From the NCBI GenBank assembly GCA_963782915.1, contig CAWALK010000024.1, forward strand, positions 64,001-128,000: a stretch of 64,000 nt of DNA, given 5' to 3'. Every line of letters begins with the position of its first letter. Position 1 is the first letter of the stretch. The notes under the pieces were generated by a model that was given only the letters and a program-made list of their open reading frames with translations, made no database searches and was not told the DNA's origin. The position numbers and the translations under genes are program-made. Origin of the DNA: an uncultured archaeon (GTDB lineage: Archaea; Thermoproteota; Bathyarchaeia; Bathyarchaeales; Bathycorpusculaceae). Positions 1 through 9,728 of this stretch are shown piece by piece.

Positions 1-1
1 A

Positions 2-916
2 TTGAAGCATGCACGAGAAAAAGTTCGGTTATCCAAAGGCAGCGAACAACCCGGCTTCATGGGTTTAGGCGCATATGAAGCAGACGTTTACCGAGACGCC
101 ATAAAACTGCAAGTGCAAACCATCAAAAAGAAACTCATTCGCATAAGTGAAAAAAGGGTTCTGCAGCGTGATAGACGAACTGAGTTGGGTTTTCTCACTG
201 TTTCACTTGCGGGATACACAAGCTCGGGCAAAAGCACCCTCTTTAACGCCTTAACAGCCGAAACTGCGATGGTTGACAAATCACTATTCACCACGCTGTC
301 AACTCAGACTCGTATGATAGAGTTTTCCAACCGCAAATTCCTCTTAACCGACACAGTAGGCTTCATCGACCGCCTACCTATTTCGCTGATTGAAGCATTC
401 CATTCCACATTAGAAGAAACCATATTCGCCGACCTAATCGTGCTCTTACTCGACATGAGCGAACCCCTTGACATGGTCAAGAAGAAAAATAATGTGTGCC
501 TCGAAACCATCGACCGACTCGGAGCCTCAGGCATACCAATCGTTACGGCACTCAACAAAATTGACCTCATGAAACCTGAGGAGCGATTGGAAAGACTTGA
601 AGCACTCAAGGACTGCGTCAAAAACCCTATTATGCTCTCGGCAAAACGCGAAATCAACCTTGAAGAACTCAAAAAATATGTGCTTCGTATCCTCGAAAAC
701 TTCCAGTCCGCCCAATTCAGCGTTCCCCTCTCAGGCAATGTGATGCCGTTTATCTCTTGGATGCACCAGAAAACTGATATTCACAAAGAAGAATTCACAA
801 ACACCTCCGTCAACGTAGTCTTCGAAGCTAATCCGTCTGTGATGGAGCAAGCTAAAAGAAAAGTACAGGATCTCCATGGAAAATTCCAATTCACCACTCA
901 ACCCAGCAGCCAATAG
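2..916 (+). CDS. hflX: GTPase HflX (5' end outside the window)
   Basis: G1 GYTSSGKST, G2 LFTTL, G3 DTVGFI..LP..LIEAFHSTLEE, G4 NKID. Confidence 0.93.
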   Translation: MKHAREKVRLSKGSEQPGFMGLGAYEADVYRDAIKLQVQTIKKKLIRISEKRVLQRDRRTELGFLTVSLAGYTSSGKSTLFNALTAETAMVDKSLFTTLSTQTRMIEFSNRKFLLTDTVGFIDRLPISLIEAFHSTLEETIFADLIVLLLDMSEPLDMVKKKNNVCLETIDRLGASGIPIVTALNKIDLMKPEERLERLEALKDCVKNPIMLSAKREINLEELKKYVLRILENFQSAQFSVPLSGNVMPFISWMHQKTDIHKEEFTNTSVNVVFEANPSVMEQAKRKVQDLHGKFQFTTQPSSQ

Positions 917-1481
917 TCAACCCAAAATTGTTATTCTCAGATGGGGGCACCGTGTGCAACGTGATGTGCGGTTGACGACTCATGTGGCGTTGACTGCACG
1001 GGCACTGTGTGCTTCAGGTTTCATACTCTCAGATACGACTGACATACATATTGAGGAAACAGTGAATAAAATCACTAAGGCTTGGGGCGGCAACTTCCAT
1101 TTTGAGATGGGTACGCCTTGGAAGCGGGCGGTTCGGGAATGGAAAGCCACTGGCGGCATCATCGTGCATCTAACTGCTTATGGCGAGAACATTCAAACCA
1201 GCGATGTTATGGAAAGAATCCGAGCTACGGGCAAAGATGTGATGTTGCTGGTGGGTAGCCAGAAGGTTCCAGGCGAATTCTACTCGGACGAAGTCTCAAA
1301 CTTCAACGTTGCCGTGGGGAATCAGCCGCATTCCGAGTGCTCAGCACTTGCCATTTTCCTTGACAGATTCTTCCAAGGTAAAGAGCTTGGCAAACCATTC
1401 GAAAAAGCCAAAATCACCATCGTTCCCAAGGAGCGGGGTAAAGAAGTTAAAACAAACGTCGATTTCATCGTAGATTGGTAA
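876..1481 (+). CDS. trm56: tRNA (cytidine(56)-2'-O)-methyltransferase aTrm56
   Basis: LRWGHR..RD.R.TTHVALTARA, VHLTAYG, VGSQKVP, N..VGNQPHSE motifs. Confidence 0.93.
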   Translation: MENSNSPLNPAANSQPKIVILRWGHRVQRDVRLTTHVALTARALCASGFILSDTTDIHIEETVNKITKAWGGNFHFEMGTPWKRAVREWKATGGIIVHLTAYGENIQTSDVMERIRATGKDVMLLVGSQKVPGEFYSDEVSNFNVAVGNQPHSECSALAIFLDRFFQGKELGKPFEKAKITIVPKERGKEVKTNVDFIVDW

Positions 1482-1538
1482 GAAGAGTTTTATTGTACGG
1501 AGCAGCAATAATAGGGTATCAAAAGGGAACTTTAGAGC

Positions 1539-2052
1539 ATGTTATCGACAATTGATGATGCAACCCTAAATAAAGTCGCAATAGCTTTGGGCGAACAAGA
1601 CGCCGTTATACTTATCGCGCACTTAAAGGGTGTAGAAGAAATCACTGATGACGAAATAGCGAACAAAACAGGCATCCGCCTAAACAGTGTCCGCAAGATT
1701 CTCTACAAACTCTACGACCATTCACTTGTCAGTCTCCGCAGAACACGAGACCCTAAGACGGGCTGGTTCATTTTTCACTGGAAACTCCAACCAGACCAAC
1801 TAGAAGGCTTCATACTTAGCCAGAAACGCCGTGTACTCGAAAAACTCAACGTCAGGCTCGAATACGAACGAAACCATGACTTCTACTACTGTGGCAGTCA
1901 AGAATGCAAACGTGTACCATTCGAAGAAGCAGTTGAACTAGTTTTCCACTGTGCAGGCTGCGGCAAACCATTGGTGCATTTTGCAAACGAAGACCATGAT
2001 TGAGAAGCTCGGCGAAAAAGTAGACATTCTACGCAAGGAACTGGGCGAATAA
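1539..2052 (+). CDS. tfe: Transcription factor E alpha (one frameshift near 2000)
   Basis: wHTH EITDDEIA..TGI.LNSVRKILYKL, R.RD..TGWFIF.W and Zn ribbon; the frame resumes to TAA at 2050-2052. Confidence 0.9.
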
Positions 2053-2053
2053 A

Positions 2054-2585
2054 GTGACTGCGGCGCTTCCGAATAGGGAGCAAGCAATCCATCTTCTTCA
2101 AATAAACAATTGCCCACCCCAAGTTATCAGCCACTGCATAGCAGTTACAGACTTAGCATTGCAAATCGCCTGTAAACTTCAAGGCAGAGGCTATGTGATT
2201 GATTTAGGGCTGGTTGAGGCAGGGGGACTTCTCCATGACCTCGGACGCAGCAAAACCCACGCCGTAGACCACGGAGTAGTAGGCGCACAAATCGCCCAAA
2301 CCCTCGAGTTACCCCAAGCAGGTAATCAACATTATCAAGCGGCATGTCGGCGCAGGCATCACCCCAGAAGAAGCAGAATGGCTCGGCTGGACCAAAGATA
2401 ACTATATACCAGAAACCCTCGAAGAGAAAGTTGTGTGCTACGCGGACAAACGCATAGACCACGACCAGAAAACGCCAATCGAAGTTGAAATTGAGCGGCT
2501 ACAGAAGGGCGGTTTCGGTGAAGCGGCAGAAAGAGTTAGAAGGCTGCATGACGAAATAACACATCTAATAGGCGAAACTCCATGA
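2054..2585 (+). CDS. HD-domain phosphohydrolase (frameshift near 2320)
   Basis: H..AV, LLHDLGRSKTH..DHG..GA, then RHVGAGI and LEEKVVCYADK in the second frame; conserved position after tfe. Confidence 0.85.
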
Positions 2586-3355
2586 CGGACTTAACTTTAT
2601 TCGTTAAAGCATTCAATGGCGGACAACTCAAACAAATAGATGAGCTTCTGCAAAGCCAATTTGAAGACTTAAGTGTAGAAGCAAAACTCACAGCGGATCC
2701 TACTAACAAGTGGGTTCAAGTTCACATTGAAGGCGAAGACGAAGTTATCGCTGCTGCTTATGCTAAAAAAGAGATTGGAACCTGCCCAGTCAGCCTTGAC
2801 AACGTGGAAGTTGGCGCAGTATTGAAGGGCTATATTTCCAAGGTTGATGAGAGCAGGATGCAGTTGACGGTTGATGTGGGAGTTTTTCAACCTAACATGA
2901 TCCAAGCGGCTGTGTCTGTGGTGGTTTTGCGTGGGCAGTTTGGAGCAGCCAAAGATGCGCCGCTAAAAGCAATCTGTGAAGCTTACGGCATCGCAGAGGG
3001 TTTGCCAATTAATGTTAAAGTAACTGAGAAGGAAGCTGCTGGGTTGAAGGCGGAGTTGTCGCCTGAGATGGTTGCGAAGCTTAAGGCTTGGCAGCAGTCG
3101 CTTCTTGATAGGTTGATTGTTTTGCGTGCATCCAAAGAGATAGTGGCTACTGCTTTGGAACGGTCTCAGCTTGAGCGGGATGTTATTGATGTTGAGCAGT
3201 TAGGCTTTTTTGAGTTTGCCTTGGTTTGTAAGTTGGGTACTGAGGCGAGGGGCTTGATTCCTAGGGTGGGTCGGTATATGCGTAATGCGGTGTTTGTGGT
3301 GTTTAGCTCTAAGAAGAGCACCGATTTTTTGGGTGAAAAAGGATTAACCTTATAA
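2582..3355 (+). CDS. DUF2110-family protein
   Basis: WVQVHIEGEDE, VDVG and CKLGTEARGLIPRVG motifs; usual neighbour of tfe/HD in archaea. Confidence 0.7.
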   Translation: MTDLTLFVKAFNGGQLKQIDELLQSQFEDLSVEAKLTADPTNKWVQVHIEGEDEVIAAAYAKKEIGTCPVSLDNVEVGAVLKGYISKVDESRMQLTVDVGVFQPNMIQAAVSVVVLRGQFGAAKDAPLKAICEAYGIAEGLPINVKVTEKEAAGLKAELSPEMVAKLKAWQQSLLDRLIVLRASKEIVATALERSQLERDVIDVEQLGFFEFALVCKLGTEARGLIPRVGRYMRNAVFVVFSSKKSTDFLGEKGLTL

Positions 3356-3422
3356 TAGTGATCATAACTAATACAACAATCTATTATCCGTAATAGAGGA
3401 TTTAGAGAAGGGAGAGGGGTAA

Positions 3423-3590
3423 ATGACACAAATAGAAGACAGCAGAGATAAGGGAAGAAAATACAGAATAGACATCGGAGCCTATGGCAGCATAGGCATA
3501 GAAGCACCCACAAAAGAAGAATGCTTAGAACTTTTCAAGGAAGTCACCCGCACCAAACGGGACTCAAGAATAGACGAAGCAATCAGATAA
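3423..3590 (+). CDS. Small hypothetical protein, 55 aa (MTQIEDSRDKGRKYRIDIGAYGSIGIEAPTKEECLELFKEV...)
   Basis: Clean ORF below the ORF-track cutoff, with purine-rich RBS GGAGAGGGGT upstream. Confidence 0.6.
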   Translation: MTQIEDSRDKGRKYRIDIGAYGSIGIEAPTKEECLELFKEVTRTKRDSRIDEAIR

Positions 3591-3661
3591 AAAATAAAAA
3601 CGGTAGGCTACCGCAAACTCCAATTCACCCGCGGCAAAGCGAGTGTTTTTAGAGTTTGCGA

Positions 3662-3886
3662 TTATAGCACATCATGCTCTTCTTTACAGTGTGAATTGTA
3701 GTCCTCGCGGTTATCGTAAACCTGCTGGTCAATGGGGCACTTGAATTTCTTTTCGTTAGTCATTTCTGGTTCAGGAATGGTAATCCTTGGAGCAGTACGT
3801 TTAAGATCATCGCTATCAGCGCTTGCTGATTCTTCCATATCTTCGGAACCGCAAGAGCCACATCCGCATTCATCTTCTTCAAACAA
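3662..3886 (-). CDS. Small acidic protein with N-terminal CGCGSC and C-terminal C2H2-like motif
   Basis: SD GGAGGTGA before a TTG start; FKCPIDQQVY...HCKEEH. Confidence 0.65.
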   Translation of the reverse strand: MFEEDECGCGSCGSEDMEESASADSDDLKRTAPRITIPEPEMTNEKKFKCPIDQQVYDNREDYNSHCKEEHDVL

Positions 3887-4039
3887 AACTTTTCACCTCC
3901 GACAAAAACTCGGCTGCCTAAAACAATTATTTTAGCGGAGTAAATTGTTAATTAAAATATGTGACTGCACGTCAGGCAACAACCAACCGTTAAAAAATGC
4001 CTAAAAAGAAGAAAAAAGGGACAGAATTGGTTTTATGGT

Positions 4040-4465
4040 TTAGTTTTTGGCTTTGGTTATTTGTTTGCGGAAGTAGACAACGCCGATAACGCCGCCAACT
4101 ACTATAGCTAAGATTACGCCGATGGCCGCAACTATCCAGGTGTTATCTGCTGCGGGGGTGTTTTCGTTTGCCATACCGTTCGCGTACATGAGTTCGCCGT
4201 CTTCTGCGCCTGGAACTATGGGGTCAGTTGAGTTGGTGTCTGTGCTGTTATCGCCTACGCCGTAGAGGATTGGGGTATCGTCGGTTACTGTTGAGTTGTC
4301 ATTTACTGGGCTGTCTGGATCGGGGGTGGCTGGTGGTATGCTGTCTGGAGGAGATGCGGTTGGGGTTGTTTCCTGTGCAGCCGCCAATGAAACGACGGCG
4401 CTGCTTAGAAGAACGGCTGCTAATACGGAGAGTAAGAGGTACTTGGTTTTTTGCATATTTTTCAC
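4040..4465 (-). CDS. Secreted, C-terminally membrane-anchored low-complexity protein
   Basis: Signal peptide, P/T/D-rich body, TM helix plus basic tail. Confidence 0.75.
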   Translation of the reverse strand: MKNMQKTKYLLLSVLAAVLLSSAVVSLAAAQETTPTASPPDSIPPATPDPDSPVNDNSTVTDDTPILYGVGDNSTDTNSTDPIVPGAEDGELMYANGMANENTPAADNTWIVAAIGVILAIVVGGVIGVVYFRKQITKAKN

Positions 4466-4625
4466 TACTTGATTTGCTTGTTAGCTCTAGTAGGTGGGTG
4501 GTTTATTTAGCACCAAGCATGCGAACAAGCTGTCTAATTTCTGGAACCATCCCGTAAACCCGTATGGGTAAGGGACAATGAATATGTAGCGAAAACAGCT
4601 AATGTTTATGGTAAGGTAGTTTGGT

Positions 4626-5882
4626 ATGAGGAAATTTTGTTTACTTTTAACTTTAGCAATCCTTTGTTTTTCGGTAGCATTACCCCTTAGTTTGGCCCAA
4701 AGCAGCGATTCATGGCCAATGTACCACGGAGACCCCACACACAGCGGCTACGTCAATGCGCAGGGACCCACCAATAACCAGACCCTTTGGACTTACAGCA
4801 CAAACGGTTGGATAATGAATTCGCCAGCAGTCGCCAACGGCGTAGTCTACTTCAGCGCATCCGACGCTGGCTACCATGAAGGCCCCAACAATAACCTAAT
4901 CGCAATGAACGCCAAAGACGGAACCAAACTCTGGAATTTCTCGGCTGGAGGCAAAATCTACAGTTCCCCGGCAGTCGCAAACGGCATCGTCTATTTCGGC
5001 TCAGATGACAACGCAATCTATGCAGTCAACGCCTCAACCGGCACCGAAATTTGGAAGTGCATCACAGACTCTGACGTACAAGGTTCACCCACAGTTGCAA
5101 ACGGAGTAGTATATGCAGGTTCAAACGACGGCAAACTCTACGCCCTCGACGCCGCATTGGGCATGCCCATTTGGAACTTCTCCACAGGCGGACTAGTCAC
5201 CACTTCCCCCGCCGTAGCCAACGGAGTAGTATACTTCGGTTCATACGACCACAAAATCTATGCACTCGACGCAACAACCGGCGCTAAAAAATGGGATTTC
5301 ACAACTGGCAGCGTCGTCGCCTCAGCCGCAGTAGTGGCAAACGGCAACGTCTACGTTGGCAGCTACGACAACCAAACCTACGCCCTAAACGCTGACACCG
5401 GCGCTTTAGTCTGGAAAGTCGAAACAGGCTATGACCAATGCGTCCAAGCCTCACCAGCCTACGCAAACGGCATCCTCTACACCGGCGGCGCATTCGACAA
5501 AAAAGTATACGCCCTCGACCCAGCAACAGGCGCAGAAAAATGGAGTTACACCATGAATGAAGGCTTAACGACCGCACCCGCAGTCATCGGCCACACAGTC
5601 TACGTCACCTCAACCTTGGGCAACACAACTTACGCCTTAAACGCAGACAACGGCGCTTTGCAATGGAGTTACCAGACAGCAGGCAACATCTACTCTTCAC
5701 CGGCAGTAGCAGATGGAGCAGTATACTTTGGTGCATATGATGGCATCTTCTATGCAGTCGGCGCAAGTTCAGGCGGAACCAGCAATCCAGAGATGTCAAA
5801 CATTGTTTACTATGCGATTGCCATCGTTGTCTTGGTTGTAGTAATCGCAGTCGCCATAGTTTTCCTGAGAAAGCGACGATAG
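4626..5882 (+). CDS. PQQ-like (BamB-type) beta-propeller repeat surface protein
   Basis: About 8 repeats of SSPAVANG.VYFGS.D..YAL.A.TG...W; signal peptide and C-terminal TM + RKRR. Confidence 0.9.
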   Translation: MRKFCLLLTLAILCFSVALPLSLAQSSDSWPMYHGDPTHSGYVNAQGPTNNQTLWTYSTNGWIMNSPAVANGVVYFSASDAGYHEGPNNNLIAMNAKDGTKLWNFSAGGKIYSSPAVANGIVYFGSDDNAIYAVNASTGTEIWKCITDSDVQGSPTVANGVVYAGSNDGKLYALDAALGMPIWNFSTGGLVTTSPAVANGVVYFGSYDHKIYALDATTGAKKWDFTTGSVVASAAVVANGNVYVGSYDNQTYALNADTGALVWKVETGYDQCVQASPAYANGILYTGGAFDKKVYALDPATGAEKWSYTMNEGLTTAPAVIGHTVYVTSTLGNTTYALNADNGALQWSYQTAGNIYSSPAVADGAVYFGAYDGIFYAVGASSGGTSNPEMSNIVYYAIAIVVLVVVIAVAIVFLRKRR

Positions 5883-5972
5883 AGTTACCACAAACTTTTC
5901 CTTTTTTTCTTTTTTAGAACCTAATATACAAAGGATGCTTCAAAAAAAATATTAAAAAGAGTTTTGCTGGAC

Positions 5973-6335
5973 TTAGAAACCCAGTGACCCTAAACCTATA
6001 CCGATGCCTATACCGATCAATGCCAGCAGGAAAGCTATGATTATGAAGACAATCACTGCGATTACAGCGATTACGAATGCTTTGATCCAGCCGCAGTCAA
6101 AGAAGTGTTTGATCAGTCCAAGCCAAACAAAGAACATGATTATCGACGCAATTAATCCGCCGATTAACCAGCCGATTATTGAGCCAATGACTATGCCCAA
6201 AACGACGATCCAGATGGCGTCAGTGAATTTAGCGTTATGTTTGCCTGCTAATGCTCTGCCCACAAGCCAAAGTACTGGTGCAACAACGATTATGGCAACG
6301 ACTATTTGTATTAAAAGGCCAATTATATCTACCAA
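5973..6335 (-). CDS. Small multi-pass membrane protein
   Basis: 120-aa hydrophobic ORF with 3-4 TM segments. Confidence 0.75.
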   Translation of the reverse strand: MVDIIGLLIQIVVAIIVVAPVLWLVGRALAGKHNAKFTDAIWIVVLGIVIGSIIGWLIGGLIASIIMFFVWLGLIKHFFDCGWIKAFVIAVIAVIVFIIIAFLLALIGIGIGIGLGSLGF

Positions 6336-6436
6336 AATTTATCCCTGATACCTAGTTGTTGTTAGTGTTTTTAAGACAATCGCTTAAGAACATGTACGGC
6401 AATATTGGGAGCTGAGCGGATTTTAACCAACCTTGG

Positions 6437-7383
6437 TTAAGCATGAAAACGGGACTTCTTACGGTTTTTTAGTTTAATCGCAGCTGCAAAGAAGAGCCCC
6501 AGAACTATCGTCGGTAACAGGATGAAAAGGGGTAATTCTGGGATGCTGGGTGTTGAAGATGATGTGGATGAGGAAGGAATAGGTGATGAAGTGGAGGGGT
6601 TCTGGGAGATGCTTGGTGTGGGAGAAATTGATGCGTTGGGTGTTGGAGTGGCCGTTGAAGTTTGGGGGGTTAATGATGTGGGTGAAGCTGTTGGTTCGGG
6701 GGTTGGGGTAACGGTTAGGTTGGGAGTTGTTGGTCTTGGTGTGGGTGAGGGCGTAGCTGCGGGTGTTGGGGTGGGCGTAGGAGTTGTTGTGGGTGTTGGA
6801 GTCGGTGTGAGAGTTGGCGTAGGAGTGGGATTAGGCGTGGCAGTTGGGCTTGGTGTGGGCGTTGGAGAAGGGGTTGGCTAGGGGTCGGCGAGGGGTTCTG
6901 ACTTCTTCCCAAATCAAGCGTGTAATAAGTGTAGCCGTTAATGCTGTAGACGCCTAAGCCCGCGTCGACGTAGTCGCCAATCATGTTGGTGTAGTGTCCC
7001 GGCGAGTTCTTCCACATATCATAAACCTTCGTTGCATCTGGGGCTCCGTAGGCATAGGCAATGTTTTCTGCCGCTGAAACCCACTTGTATCCTACAGCGG
7101 TGATTCGTTGGCTGAATTGCGTCCCATCCTGTGAGGTGTGGGAGAAGTAGTTGTTGTCGCCCATGTCTTTGGAATGCAGGTAAGCGGCGCTTTCAAGCTG
7201 GCTGTTGGCTGCGAGCGGGGTTTTGCCGAGGCTTGCACGTTCAGCGTTTACCAGCGCTAAAAAGTCGCTTTGCAGGTTTCCCGAGGTCTGTGCCGAGGAT
7301 ACTGCGGTGAAGATTGGGCTTGTTATGCACGTGAGTGCTATAATGAGTAGAGCGGCTGCCAGCTTGTTCGTCGCTGCTTTCAT
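6437..7383 (-). CDS. CAP/SCP-domain surface protein with Pro/Thr linker and PEL-TM-basic tail (frameshift near 6880)
   Basis: [34 protein letters not shown]; after the shift (TP)n then [30 protein letters not shown]. Confidence 0.85.
6560..6900 (-). repeat. Low-complexity (Thr-Pro)n coding repeat
   Basis: Runs of ggtgtggg/gggtgttgg encoding the TPTP linker. Confidence 0.8.
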
Positions 7384-7534
7384 GGTCGAGAGTCAGGGGT
7401 TGCATGCAAGATAACCGTTTTTAGGAAGCCTAATTCGCTTGGTTTGCGAAGAATCATTCGCTCAATGAACCGGCGACGGATAAGCCAAAAGTGCAGCATT
7501 CTAAGAGTTGGTGTCGGGGAGCTTGTGGTTTGCT

Positions 7535-7650
7535 CCACAACCAGCCAGCAACCCAAACCAGACGCAGAACCTCAAACACAACCGCCTACATCAACCGCTG
7601 GAAGAAGAAGAGTAAAGGAGGTCAATTCCTTCTTCTACTACTAAGAAAAA
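7535..7650 (+). repeat. Dispersed repeat family A, copy 1
   Basis: Aligns by eye with the reverse complement of 57326-57439 (shared gcaaccc-aacca-acgcaga, ccgctggaagaaga-gagtaa-ggag, tctactacta-gaaaaa). Confidence 0.75.
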
Positions 7651-7691
7651 TAGGGTTGCATAATCGGATAGAATCAGTAAGTTAGAAGTGT

Positions 7692-7769
7692 TGGTGGGCC
7701 GAGCCGGACTCGGACCGGCGACCTTTGGCTCGTAAAGCCAACGTCCTAACCAGGCTAGACGACCGGCCC
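7692..7769 (-). tRNA. tRNA-Val(TAC), CCA encoded
   Basis: GGGCCGG...TCGGCCC ACCA acceptor; anticodon arm TTGGC-TTTACGA-GCCAA; T loop reads TCCGAGT. Confidence 0.93.
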
Positions 7770-7938
7770 ACAGCATGCTGGATTAAGAGATTGCATTTGT
7801 TAATATTAGAGTTTTGTTTCTGGAGACGACAAATATATCGCTTTTGAATGGGTTGTCCATTGAATGGGGATATGTTTGGCTGCTAATATGTAAACGGGAG
7901 GTAGCTGCAAAGAGGTCGCGTGGTTTTCAACATTGAGG

Positions 7939-8274
7939 CTATTTGAATTTTCCCTCGAACAGTGCTTTGAAGAGGTAAATTATGGCGGGGATGTTGATGA
8001 CTACGCGGATAGCGTTTAGCCAGACTTGATAGTAAATCAAGTATGCCCACGCTTGTGCTTAAGGTGTAGATTAGGACAAATATTGTGAAGGCGGGACCCC
8101 ATTTTTTGGTGAAAGCAAAGCGGGAATAGCGGTGACCCAGAGTGCGATTTCTATCCAATTGTTTAGGTCTTGCACGTCGCCTCCAAGAAGTATGAGCGCC
8201 ATTAAAAAGATGTTAACAACCATCCATGCAGCGATGGCATAGAGTATTGGGGATCGTTTGGTTGCTTGAGCCAC
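7939..8274 (-). CDS. Small membrane protein (two frameshifts)
   Basis: Hydrophobic segments continue across three frames, ending ...NIPAIIYLFKALFEGKFK*. Confidence 0.6.
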
Positions 8275-8382
8275 AGGCGTATCCTCAATTGCACTATCAG
8301 TTGTTATAAATAATTAATTTTTTGGCTTTTTGAGATAATTTATTATGGATAGCAATAGATAGCTCTGTCTGGGAACCTCAAC

Positions 8383-9728
8383 GTGGACGCTAAAAGCCTC
8401 AAACAGTTTGCGCTTGCACATTACCCCGTATTGGGGGTGCTGCTGGGCAGCTTCATCATTGCAGCATCAATGGGCACCTATACGAACTGGGATTCCCAAC
8501 TTGAATACGAAGCCGCCTCAAGTGTCCTCACTAGCGGGTTTCCCTTGATATCCACGGGTTTTATGATTAATCAGCCTCCGCTGGGCTTCTATACGGCGGC
8601 ACCTATTTTCCAGCTGTTCGGGCTATCTTACCTCAATGGCATCGGGTTGGCTACGGCGTTTGGGCTGGGCTCAGTTGCCCTCGTCTATGCACTAGGAACC
8701 TTGCTGTACGGTAGAAAGACTGGGTTGGTTGCGTCGGCGCTCTTCGGCTTAGTCCCATGGCACGTTTACATGAGCCGCATCTTCCTCATAGACAACCAAT
8801 GCCTATTCTGGAGCCTAATGTTCCTGGTTTTCGGAGTTTTAGCGGTTAAGCGCAACTCTGATAGGCTGGTGCTTGGGGCAGGGATATTTTTTGCTTTGGC
8901 GTTTTTAACGAAGTTGTTTGCGGTTTTTAGTTTGGTTCCATTGCTGCTTTTTGTGTTCTTGAATCGAAAAGAAGGCACCTTTAAGGTTACAAAGAGAAAA
9001 CTGCTGTTTTTCCTTGTGCCCTCAATAGTCCTGCAAGCGGTATGGTATGGAGGCTTCGCAAACCAGAACTTCAGTGCAGTCTACTTCAGCAGCGACCTCT
9101 CACATCCAGTCTACGTAGATGCTCCAGCAGCCTATCTGCCCACAATTTTGGTTAATAGCACAGGGATTTTCTTGTTTGCCGCCTCATTCTTTGCCATAGC
9201 GTTTGCAGTTGCATACAGAAGGAAGCTTGCGGGGCACCTTCGAACTGACCTGCTTTGCGTTGCTACTGTCGCGGTTATTTCGGGGCTGAACCTGCTTTTG
9301 TTTTGGGTTTCCGTTTAACGGTGCCCTATGTCAGCGTCTTCAAGTACACCTATTTGGCGTTGCCGTTTTTGTGTCTAATCGCCGCATCCATAGCCGACAA
9401 AGGCGCGGGTTTGCTGGGTTCTGTGGAGTGGAAAAATAAAATCCAATGGATTAAGCCTGCGCTGATTACTGTTGGGCTGGTTTTGGTGTTTGCTTCATTG
9501 CTTGAAAGCGTCCAGTTCCTAAACCGGTGGGTTGATTATGCATGGTTTGGCGTAGACACCGTCACCTATTACCCCTTCAACCTATTCTCAAAAACCCTAT
9601 TCAGCGATATTTTAGTGCCGTTGCAGTATTTTGGGTTGGCTCTTGTGGTGTGCAGTATGTTTCTGCCCACTATTGTTGGTGTCTTTGGGCGTTTGATGTA
9701 TGGGTTAAAGAAAATCCTCGCAAACTAA
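8383..9728 (+). CDS. GT-C / PMT-family (ArnT-like) membrane glycosyltransferase (frameshift near 9300)
   Basis: WD..Y, NQPPLGFY, LYGRKTGLVASALF..P, SR.FLID, AFLTK motifs; polytopic. Confidence 0.8.

Noticed and set aside
4780-5760. ~120-nt periodic repeats
   Set aside because: They are blades of an ordinary PQQ-like beta-propeller.
6522-6881. (GV)n elastin-like ORF
   Set aside because: Antisense shadow of the (TP)n linker of the CAP protein.
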